Part shown: positions 23,129 through 30,580 of the stretch, piece by piece | Numbering within the stretch: position 1 is the stretch's first letter | Layout of the letters: every line of letters starts with the position of its first letter | NCBI GenBank assembly: GCA_964605685.1 | Contig: CAZSDX010000002.1 | Span: 1-32,000, forward strand | Source of the DNA: an uncultured Polyangiaceae bacterium | GTDB taxonomy: Bacteria > Myxococcota_A > Polyangia > Polyangiales > Polyangiaceae | Length of the DNA: 32,000 nucleotides | Direction: 5' to 3' | The notes under the pieces: model-generated | The model's input: only the letters and a program-made list of their open reading frames with translations | What the model was told of the DNA's origin: nothing | Databases searched by the model: none | Program-made: the position numbers and the translations under genes

Positions 23129-24912
23129 ACGACGGGGGCTCCAGCAGCCGCTTCCCGGCGGCCTCGGCGCACCTCCGCGGGATCGCCGCCGCCCCGGGGG
23201 TCGCCGTCGGCCCCGCCCTCGTCCTCGCCCCCCAGCAGATCTCTTACATCCGCCGCTCCCTCCGCTCCTCCGAGCTCGACGACGAGGTCGCTCGCTTCCA
23301 GAAGGCGGTCCTCGACGCCCAGGACGAGCTGCGCGCCATGGGCGAGCGCAGCACCGCCAGCCGCAGCGAGCAGAGCATCATCGAGGCTTACCTGCTCATG
23401 CTCGGCGACGAGACGCTGGCCTCCGACGTCGAGCTCCGGATCCGCCGCGACCGCCAGTGCGCCGAGTGGGCGGTCTCCCTCTCCATCGAGACCTTCGCCT
23501 CGACCCTCGCCGCCCAGAAGGACCCTTACCTCCGCGAGCGCAGCCACGACTTCGAGTTCATCGGCGAGCGCCTGCTCATGGCCCTCACCGGGGCCAGCTC
23601 CCGCCGGACGCTCCCGCGGCTCCAGGAGAGCGTCGTGCTGGTGGCCCACGAGCTCTCCCCTGCCGACCTCCTCGCCCTCGGCAAGGAGCACCTCCTCGCC
23701 ATCGCCACCGAGAGCGGCACCCGCACCAGCCACACCGCCATCGTTGCCCGCGCCCTCGAGATCCCCTCGGTGCTCGGGGTCGAGGGGCTCCTCTCCCACG
23801 TCTCTTCCGGCGATCAGCTGGTCGTCGACGGGCTCAGCGGCGCGGTCACCGTCCGCCCCACCGACGAGATGGTCTCCTCGGGGCGCCACCGCGGCCAGCG
23901 CCACGAGGCGCTGACCCGCCACCTCCTCCACGACGTACACCGCCAGACCTCCCTCGCCTCCGGCGAGCCCATCTGCTTGCTGGCCAACATCGAGTTCTCC
24001 CACGAGGCCGCCTTCGCCGTGACCCACGGCGCCGAGGGGATCGGCCTCTACCGTACCGAATTTCTCTACACCGACCGCACCTCCCTCCCCTCCGAGGACG
24101 ACCAGTTCGAGCAGTTCCGCGAAGTCCTCCGCGCCCTCGACGGTCGTCCCCTCGTCTTCCGCACCTTCGACATGGGCGGCGACAAGCCCATCGGCAACCT
24201 CACCCTCCCCCACCAGCCCAACCCCGCGCTCGGGCTCCGCGCCGTGCGCCTCGCCCTCGAGCACCCGGACCTCCTCCTCACCCAGCTCCGCGCCATGATC
24301 CGCGCCTCCGCCGAGGGGGACGTCCGGATCATGATCCCCATGGTGGCCTCCCTCCGCGAGTGGCACGAGGTCAAGAAACTCTTCGACCGCGCCTGCTCCG
24401 AGGTGGACGAGCGCCGGAAGCCCCGCGCCGCCCACATCCCCCTCGGCATCATGGTCGAGGTCCCCTCCGTCGCCCTGCTCATCGACCGCTTCGCCCCCCA
24501 CGCCGAATTCCTGAGCCTCGGCACCAACGACCTCACCCAGTACACCCTCGCCGTCGACCGCACCAGCCCCCAGCTCAACCGCCTCGCCTCCCACTTCGAC
24601 CCCGCGGTGCTCCGCCTGGTCCGCGGCGTCATCCTGGGCGCACGCGCCGCCAGCCGCCCCCTCACCATCTGCGGCGCCATGGCCGGCGACCCCCTGGCCG
24701 CCATCCTCCTCGTTGGCCTCGGGCTCCGCCAGTTCTCCATGGAACCCGCCGTCCTCCCCGAGCTCAAGGAGGCCCTCCGCCGCGTCACCCTCGCGGAAGC
24801 CGAGGAGGTGGCCAACGAGGTCATGGATCTGTCCTCCTCCGAGGACGTCGAGCACCTCCTCGCCTCCCACTTCGCCCACCGCCTCCTCGACCTCCTCAGC
24901 GGCGGCGCCTGA
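23125..24912 (+). CDS. ptsI: phosphoenolpyruvate-protein phosphotransferase (Enzyme I, no GAF domain)
   Basis: Phospho-His block ESGTRTSHTAIVARALEIPSV, PEP-utilising block GLYRTEFLY and GTNDLTQYTLAVDR. GTG 23125 overlaps the ptsH stop (GTGA). The ORF-track extension to 22648 is rejected. Confidence 0.9.
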   Translation: MNDGGSSSRFPAASAHLRGIAAAPGVAVGPALVLAPQQISYIRRSLRSSELDDEVARFQKAVLDAQDELRAMGERSTASRSEQSIIEAYLLMLGDETLASDVELRIRRDRQCAEWAVSLSIETFASTLAAQKDPYLRERSHDFEFIGERLLMALTGASSRRTLPRLQESVVLVAHELSPADLLALGKEHLLAIATESGTRTSHTAIVARALEIPSVLGVEGLLSHVSSGDQLVVDGLSGAVTVRPTDEMVSSGRHRGQRHEALTRHLLHDVHRQTSLASGEPICLLANIEFSHEAAFAVTHGAEGIGLYRTEFLYTDRTSLPSEDDQFEQFREVLRALDGRPLVFRTFDMGGDKPIGNLTLPHQPNPALGLRAVRLALEHPDLLLTQLRAMIRASAEGDVRIMIPMVASLREWHEVKKLFDRACSEVDERRKPRAAHIPLGIMVEVPSVALLIDRFAPHAEFLSLGTNDLTQYTLAVDRTSPQLNRLASHFDPAVLRLVRGVILGARAASRPLTICGAMAGDPLAAILLVGLGLRQFSMEPAVLPELKEALRRVTLAEAEEVANEVMDLSSSEDVEHLLASHFAHRLLDLLSGGA

Positions 24913-24920
24913 GGTCCCCG

Positions 24921-26261
24921 ATGAAGCGCGGTACGACGCGAGGAGCGACCCTGTTCGAGGCGAAGCGGAGGCAGGAAGGCGATCCGCTGGCCGAACGCAT
25001 GCGCCCGAGGACGCTGGGGGAGGTGCTGGGGCAGCGGCACCTGCTGGGCCCCGGCAAGCTGCTGGCGCGGGCCATCGCAGAGGACCGGGTGCCCTCGATG
25101 ATCCTCTGGGGCCCGCCGGGGTGCGGCAAGACCACGCTGGCGCGGGTGGTGGCAGAGACGACGCGAGCGCGGTTCGTCCCCTACAGCGCGGTGGGAGGAA
25201 GCATCCCGGAGCTGCGGGAGCTCCTCAAGGAAGCCCGGGAAGCCCGCGGTTACCGGAGCGAGCGGACCATCCTGTTCATCGACGAGATCCACCGCTTCCA
25301 CAAGGGGCAGCAGGACGCGCTCCTGCCCGCGGTGGAGGCCGGCGACGTCGTGCTCATCGGGGCGACCACGGAGAACCCCTCCTTCGCCATCAACGCGGCG
25401 CTCCTGTCCCGGTCGCGGGTGTTCCACCTGGAGGCCCTGGACGACGAGGAGGTGAAGGCCCTCTGCCGCCGGGCGCTCTCCGACGAGAGCGGCCTCGGGG
25501 GCCTGCACCTCGCGGCGACGGAGCCCGCCCTGGACGCCATCACCGCCATCGCCCAGGGAGACGGGCGCCGCGCCCTGGGCGTCCTGGAGGCCGCCGCCGC
25601 CCACGCCCGCAGCGTCGAGCCCGGGGCGACGGAGCTCCGCAGGGACCACGTGGAAGCCTCCGGCGAGGGCGTGACACTGATCCACGACAAGGACGGCGAG
25701 GAGCACTACAACCTGGCCTCGGCGCTCATCAAGGCGATGCGAGGGAGCGACCCGGACGCGGCGATCTACTACCTTTTCCGGCTGCTGGAGGCGGGGGATG
25801 ATCCGCTGTTCCTCGGGCGCCGGATGATCATCTTCGCCAGCGAGGACATCGGCAACGCGGACCCGAGGGCGCTCCAGGTGGCGGTGGCGGCGGATCAGGC
25901 CTTCCAGCGGATCGGCATGCCCGAGGGCGCCTACCCCCTGGCCCATGCCTGCCTCTACCTCGCCTGCGCCCCCAAGAGCGACGGGGTGAAGCGGGCGATG
26001 AAGGCGGTGCGGGAGGCGCTGGCGCTGGGGTCTCTACCGGTGCCCAAGAAGCTTCGCAACGCGCCGACCCGCCTGATGAAGGAGGAAGGGTACGGCGAGG
26101 GATACGCCTACGCCCACGCCCACGAGGGCCACGTGGTACCGGGGGAGGTGTACCTGCCGGATCGGCTCGAAGGGAGCGTGTTCTACGAGCCGACCGGGGA
26201 GGGCTTCGAGCGCTGGATCCGCGAGCGCCTGGCGGCGCTCCGGGGGGCTCAGAAGGTGTAG
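24921..26261 (+). CDS. rarA: replication-associated recombination protein A (MgsA/RarA AAA+ ATPase)
   Basis: LAERMRPRTLGEVLGQ, Walker A LWGPPGCGKTTLA, Walker B ILFIDEIHRFHKGQQD, GATTENPSF and the C-terminal MgsA domain YYLFRLLEAGDDPLFLGRR. The ATG lies 8 nt after the ptsI stop. Confidence 0.9.
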   Translation: MKRGTTRGATLFEAKRRQEGDPLAERMRPRTLGEVLGQRHLLGPGKLLARAIAEDRVPSMILWGPPGCGKTTLARVVAETTRARFVPYSAVGGSIPELRELLKEAREARGYRSERTILFIDEIHRFHKGQQDALLPAVEAGDVVLIGATTENPSFAINAALLSRSRVFHLEALDDEEVKALCRRALSDESGLGGLHLAATEPALDAITAIAQGDGRRALGVLEAAAAHARSVEPGATELRRDHVEASGEGVTLIHDKDGEEHYNLASALIKAMRGSDPDAAIYYLFRLLEAGDDPLFLGRRMIIFASEDIGNADPRALQVAVAADQAFQRIGMPEGAYPLAHACLYLACAPKSDGVKRAMKAVREALALGSLPVPKKLRNAPTRLMKEEGYGEGYAYAHAHEGHVVPGEVYLPDRLEGSVFYEPTGEGFERWIRERLAALRGAQKV

Positions 26262-27745
26262 GTTCCGTTGATGTTCAGGTAGTAGAACTGCTGGTTGTAG
26301 ACGCCGCCGGCGCTGGGCTGGCGCGACTCGCCCTTGCGGGTGAAGAAGACGTTCTTGCCGGTGGTGTCGCGCTCGAAGAAGTAGACGTGGTTGAAGCTGC
26401 CAGCGAGGGCGAACTTCGGGGTGATGTTCTGGCGGACGCCGGCGACCCAGTGAATCTTCCCGGAGTCGATGATGGTCGGGTCCAGGGTCGCATCCGGCAC
26501 GGCGGAGGCGTCGTAGAGGGCGCTGCCGAAGAGCTCGGTCTTCTCCGAGAGGAAGTAGCCCACGCCGAGCCGCACCGCCCAGCCGTCGACCCAGTTCCGC
26601 TCGATGACCTGGATCACCTTGTCGTTCCCCTTCACCTCGGAGCCGTCATCGTAAAGGTTGCACTTGGCGTCCTGGCCGGCGTTGACCAGACACTGGCGCT
26701 TGAAGTTGGACCAGGTGACGTACTCCCCGTCCAGCCGTAGCTCCACCGCCTCGCTCACCCGGTAGGCCATGCCCAGCCGGTAGACGTCCGGGTAGGTCTG
26801 GAGCAGCTCGATGTCCTCGGAGTCGTTGGCCCGGCGCTCCTGGCCAAACTGGCTGCGCAGCGTACCCTTGAGCCGCATCTGGCCAAAACCAGGCCGCACG
26901 CTGTAGGAGGCGCCGAAGGAGAGCTTGTCCGGGATCGCCTCGTAGTAGACGCCCACCGCAGCGGCTGCGTTGAAACCCCGGGCGTCGATGAGGGCGCGCC
27001 CTTCCAGGATGGTCCCGTCCTGGGAGGCGGTGTCATCCGAGCCGTTGGTGTTCCTCGCCCGGGCGGTCTCCACCGTGTGGTGCACCAGGCTGCCGTTCAC
27101 GCCGAAGGAGAGGCGCGTCCCCGGGATGTTCACCGACAGCGCCGCCGTGTTGTAGAGGGAGATGATCCGGCCGCTGATGTTGAACCAGCGCTGAGGGCCG
27201 TCGTTGCCACCGGGGGCCGTCGTGTTGGTGAAGTCGGTGTTCCGCGTCCAGCTCGCCAGACCGCCGAAGGGGATGTACACCCCGTACCCCAGCCGGATCG
27301 GCAGCTTGTCGTTCCCCAGGTCGGTGATGATGCCGGCGAAGGGCAGCGCCAGGATGTTGCTGATCTCCGCCTTTCCCGTGTTCGACTTCTCGTAGTCCTG
27401 GTACGCCTTCGAGTCCTTCGGGGCGTTCGCGAGCACCACCCCTGACAGATCCTTGCTGCTCCGCTCGTAGGAGGCTCGCCGGTAGATCACCGCCGCGTCG
27501 ATGGAGAGCTGCGTCCCCTTGGTGGCGCCGATCGCCGCCGGGTTGAAGTAGATCGAAAACGGGTTCTTTCCGACCGGCGTACCGTGATCCGCGCCGAATC
27601 GAGCACCGAGGAAGCCGCCGGCCTCCGCCGTCGCGGGGGCCAGGAGGGAAGCGCCGGCCGCGGTCAGGGCCAGAGCGGCAAGGATCGGGCGGTGGCGGCG
27701 CTGGCTCGGTGGAGCGAACGGCCATTTGACTGTTGTCGGGCTCAT
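26249..27745 (-). CDS. outer-membrane beta-barrel transport protein, FadL/OmpP1/TodX-like
   Basis: Signal peptide ILAALALTAAGASLLAPATAEA, an N-terminal NPA-containing hatch-like segment (FSIYFNPAAIGA), alternating beta-strand pattern and a terminal aromatic residue (...NINGTYTF). Its 3' end overlaps rarA by 13 nt in convergent orientation. Confidence 0.7.
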   Translation of the reverse strand: MSPTTVKWPFAPPSQRRHRPILAALALTAAGASLLAPATAEAGGFLGARFGADHGTPVGKNPFSIYFNPAAIGATKGTQLSIDAAVIYRRASYERSSKDLSGVVLANAPKDSKAYQDYEKSNTGKAEISNILALPFAGIITDLGNDKLPIRLGYGVYIPFGGLASWTRNTDFTNTTAPGGNDGPQRWFNISGRIISLYNTAALSVNIPGTRLSFGVNGSLVHHTVETARARNTNGSDDTASQDGTILEGRALIDARGFNAAAAVGVYYEAIPDKLSFGASYSVRPGFGQMRLKGTLRSQFGQERRANDSEDIELLQTYPDVYRLGMAYRVSEAVELRLDGEYVTWSNFKRQCLVNAGQDAKCNLYDDGSEVKGNDKVIQVIERNWVDGWAVRLGVGYFLSEKTELFGSALYDASAVPDATLDPTIIDSGKIHWVAGVRQNITPKFALAGSFNHVYFFERDTTGKNVFFTRKGESRQPSAGGVYNQQFYYLNINGTYTF

Positions 27746-27750
27746 GGAAG

Positions 27751-27765
27751 CCGGTAAGTTACCGG
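27751..27765. promoter_or_regulatory. perfect 7-1-7 palindrome CCGGTAAGTTACCGG in a 21-bp divergent spacer (candidate operator)
   Basis: Read directly from the sequence. It fills most of the gap between the annotated starts at 27745 (minus strand) and 27767 (plus strand). Confidence 0.25.
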
Positions 27766-27766
27766 C

Positions 27767-28411
27767 ATGTCCCGAGGCTCGCTATACCGCTCGTTTGCCC
27801 CTCTTCATTTTGCCACCATGACGCTCAGCGTCATCGCGCTCGGCTGCGTGGACCCTGTGGGGGATTTCGAGGAGTACCAGAAGATGGCGCGGAGCAAGTC
27901 GTCCGCGCCGCCGCCCTCGTGCCTGCCTGCGCCGGCGGAGGGGGATCTGGACATCTCGGGGGCCTTCATCGGCTACTGCAAGGTGAACTTCGCGGACGCC
28001 AGCCAGGCGCTGATGCTCAAGACCCAGTTCACCGTCAAGGATGGCGCGGTGGAGGCGGTCCTGACCCCGCTGCTGACCACCGCCACGACCCTCAACGACA
28101 CGGCGGGGGATCCGCCGGTGACCACCTCGGCGCCGCTGATCAGCAACCAGTTCACCATGAACTTCGGCCTGGTGAAGATCTCCGGCAAGGCCAACGCGAT
28201 CTCCGGGTCGGACATCGAGCTGGCGGACGCGACCTTCAAGGGCGTCTTGCTATCTACCGACAAGGTGCTGGCCGAGCTGGACGGCGGCCTCATCAAGCCC
28301 TTCGCTCTCGACCTCAACCCCGCCGGCGATGTGTGCGTCTTCGTTCGCTCTCCCGATGGCGTCACCCTGCCGCCCCGCCCGGACGCGGCCGACTTCGCCT
28401 GCGTCAAGTGA
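27767..28411 (+). CDS. hypothetical lipoprotein
   Basis: MSRGSLYRSFAPLHFATMTLSVIALGC carries lipobox ALGC. The protein is 214 aa. I recognise no family. Confidence 0.6.
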   Translation: MSRGSLYRSFAPLHFATMTLSVIALGCVDPVGDFEEYQKMARSKSSAPPPSCLPAPAEGDLDISGAFIGYCKVNFADASQALMLKTQFTVKDGAVEAVLTPLLTTATTLNDTAGDPPVTTSAPLISNQFTMNFGLVKISGKANAISGSDIELADATFKGVLLSTDKVLAELDGGLIKPFALDLNPAGDVCVFVRSPDGVTLPPRPDAADFACVK

Positions 28412-28493
28412 CGGAAAGAAAAGAGAGAGGCCAGAGCTTCCGGCCCCTCCGTCGCGCTTGACGTCCCGTGACAACCCGGACACAAAGCAATTT

Positions 28494-29546
28494 ATGACGA
28501 AGGTTCTGGTTTCGATGGGCTTGGCCTCCTTGCTTGCGCTGGGGGCCCTCCAGGGGTGCGGTGATGAAGACGATCCGGCGCCCGCTGGCGGCTCCGGCTC
28601 CGGCGGGAGCAGCGCGGGCTCCGGCGGCTCCGGCGGCTCCAGCGCGGGCTCCGGCGGCTCCAGCGCAGGCTCCGGCGGCGGCGGCGACGACCTCTACTGC
28701 GGCACCAAGGAGTCCGATCTCCCCTCCATCTCCTCCTGCGAGGACGCTGACGCAAGCGAATGTGCCAAGGCCATGTGCGCCACCACCAAGGCCAAGGACT
28801 GCAAGCAGATCCTTACGGATTGCTACAACGATCCGGGCTGCAACAAGGCGGTCGCCTGCGGCGCCGTCTGCCGCGAGAAGGATCCCAGCGCCGACGTCGT
28901 GGCCACCTGTACCCCCCTCGCGGGTGGCGGCCTCGCCAAGGCCCTCGCCTACAAGAGCTGCGCCGACGGCCTCGCGGCCTGCGGCGGCAACGACACCATC
29001 AAGCCCGACTTATCCCTGCGCCTCCTCCCGAGGCTTCCGGTCCGTGCTCGATCCGGATCTCTGGGCCACCCTCCCCTGGGCGGTGGCCCTCTCCCCGCTG
29101 CCCACCTTCCTGGGCGGCGGCCTCTCCTGGGCCCTCGCCTCCCTGGCGGGCCTGGCCGTCGTAGCCTCCCTCCCCGACGCATGCCCCCGGGACATGGCCC
29201 TCGTCGACGGCTTCTTCTGTCCGGATCTTCCCTACTCCTGCGTCCGGGACGCCGCGCGCTCCTACCGCTGCGCCGAGTACACCCGAGACGCGCGGTGCCG
29301 GGCGCCGCTCCAGCACCGCCGTTACTGCGTCGACCTCCACGAGTGGCCCAACCGGGTCGGCGAGGCGCCGGAGGTGTACGTGGACTGGCACGAGGCGAAG
29401 GCGAAGTGCGCCTCGGTCGGCAAGCGCCTGTGCAGCCGGGTGGAGTGGGTGTTCGCCTGCGAGGGAGAGAAGAGGCTGCCTTACTCGTGGGGGTACGTGC
29501 GGCAGCCGAGCCCGTGCAACATCGACCGGGCGGGGCTCGACTTTGA
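28494..29546 (+). CDS. Cys-rich lipoprotein with Gly/Ser linker; believable coding only to about 29010-29040, although the frame stays open to 29546
   Basis: ATG 28494 gives MTKVLVSMGLASLLALGALQGC (lipobox), then a G/S tract, then a Cys-rich domain (YCGTKE...SSCEDADASECAKAMC...DCKQILTDCYNDPGCNKAVACGAVC...). After ...ACGGNDTIKPD the translation becomes Pro/Arg/Leu-rich. Third-position GC falls, while the +1 frame takes over. Confidence 0.5.
   Translation: MTKVLVSMGLASLLALGALQGCGDEDDPAPAGGSGSGGSSAGSGGSGGSSAGSGGSSAGSGGGGDDLYCGTKESDLPSISSCEDADASECAKAMCATTKAKDCKQILTDCYNDPGCNKAVACGAVCREKDPSADVVATCTPLAGGGLAKALAYKSCADGLAACGGNDTIKPDLSLRLLPRLPVRARSGSLGHPPLGGGPLPAAHLPGRRPLLGPRLPGGPGRRSLPPRRMPPGHGPRRRLLLSGSSLLLRPGRRALLPLRRVHPRRAVPGAAPAPPLLRRPPRVAQPGRRGAGGVRGLARGEGEVRLGRQAPVQPGGVGVRLRGREEAALLVGVRAAAEPVQHRPGGARL
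28587..28685. repeat. imperfect ~21-bp tandem repeats encoding a (GGS/SAGSGG)n linker
   Basis: AGCGCGGGCTCCGGCGGCTCC-like units are repeated. They encode GGSGSGGSSAGSGGSGGSSAGSGGSSAGSGGGG. Confidence 0.8.
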
Positions 29547-29904
29547 CATCGACGCGCTGCTGGATCCGAAGGCACGGCAGGAGGAGCTTGATCGGCTCTG
29601 GCAGGGGGATCCCATCGGCTCGCACCCGGGATGCCGGAGCTCCTGGGGGGTGTTCGATCTGAACGGCAACGTGGACGAGTGGACCGACGACCAGGCAGAC
29701 AACCCGGAGTCGCCCCACATCTCGACGCTCAACGGGGCCTACTGGGGCAAGGTGCGGGCGACCTGCCGGATCACCACGACCAGCCACGGCCCGACCTTCA
29801 AGTTCTACCAGGTGGGCTTCCGCTGCTGCGCCGACCCGACCGACGGCCTCGTCGTCCCGGAGCCTCCGATCACCATCCTCCCGAAGATGACGACCCCGAA
29901 CTGA
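29044..29904 (+). CDS. formylglycine-generating-enzyme (FGE-sulfatase/SUMF1) domain protein with an N-terminal hydrophobic segment
   Basis: FGE-domain-like blocks are DLHEWPNRVGEAP, WHEAKAKCASVGKRLCSRVEWVFACEG, RLPYSWGY, GVFDLNGNVDEWT and QVGFRCCADP. GTG 29044 is the first start codon in this frame upstream of the hydrophobic segment LSWALASLAGLAVVA. The ORF-track N-terminus (28534-29043) is Pro/Ala-rich out-of-frame sequence. Confidence 0.75.
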   Translation: MLDPDLWATLPWAVALSPLPTFLGGGLSWALASLAGLAVVASLPDACPRDMALVDGFFCPDLPYSCVRDAARSYRCAEYTRDARCRAPLQHRRYCVDLHEWPNRVGEAPEVYVDWHEAKAKCASVGKRLCSRVEWVFACEGEKRLPYSWGYVRQPSPCNIDRAGLDFDIDALLDPKARQEELDRLWQGDPIGSHPGCRSSWGVFDLNGNVDEWTDDQADNPESPHISTLNGAYWGKVRATCRITTTSHGPTFKFYQVGFRCCADPTDGLVVPEPPITILPKMTTPN

Positions 29905-29962
29905 CGCCACCGGAGCGCGCCTCGGCGCCCGGCGAGGCGCGGCTTGTGGCAAGGTGGCGATC

Positions 29963-30577
29963 ATGAGGGACGCCAAGGATGCGCAGTACCGGCGCGAGGA
30001 TGGGGTGTGGTGCATCGACCTCCAGCTCCGGCAGGCGAAGCAGCTCTTCGACCTGCGGGATCCGACCCCCTTCAAGGAGCGAGATCTGGACCCGGGGGCG
30101 GTGGAATTCCTCCGCGAGGCCATGGCCGAGCTGCCGGATCGTGCCCCGGTCCGCCTCGACGTGTACATCCTGGACGAGCCGGAGCCCACGCTGGACGATG
30201 CGGTGATCCGCTCGGCGATCCACGCCTACTTTCACCACGCGCTCTGGCACCTGGGGGGGCAGCTGCGGGCGCACTTGAGGCAGGGGCAGGTGGCGCTCCT
30301 GGTGGGCGTCCTGGTGCTGAGCGCGATGCTCTCGGCGGCCAAGGCGATCCAGGTCGAGCCGGGGGGCTCCGCGTGGAAGGAGCTGCTCAAGGAGGGGCTC
30401 ACCATCGGCGCCTGGGTGGCGATCTGGCGTCCCATCGAGCACTTCCTCTACGACTGGTGGCCGTTCCTCGAGGAGCGCCGGCTGCTGCGGCGGCTGGCGA
30501 CCCTGGACGTGGAGATCCACTGGGGCAACCGCGGCGCCCTCTCGACCCGATCTCCCGGGCCGCCTCGCCGGAAATGA
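29963..30577 (+). CDS. hypothetical membrane protein (two predicted TM helices)
   Basis: ATG 29963 has an AAGGTGG-like SD at 29951-29957. Hydrophobic helices are VALLVGVLVLSAMLSAA and LTIGAWVAIWRPI. I recognise no family. Confidence 0.55.
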   Translation: MRDAKDAQYRREDGVWCIDLQLRQAKQLFDLRDPTPFKERDLDPGAVEFLREAMAELPDRAPVRLDVYILDEPEPTLDDAVIRSAIHAYFHHALWHLGGQLRAHLRQGQVALLVGVLVLSAMLSAAKAIQVEPGGSAWKELLKEGLTIGAWVAIWRPIEHFLYDWWPFLEERRLLRRLATLDVEIHWGNRGALSTRSPGPPRRK

Positions 30578-30580
30578 CGA

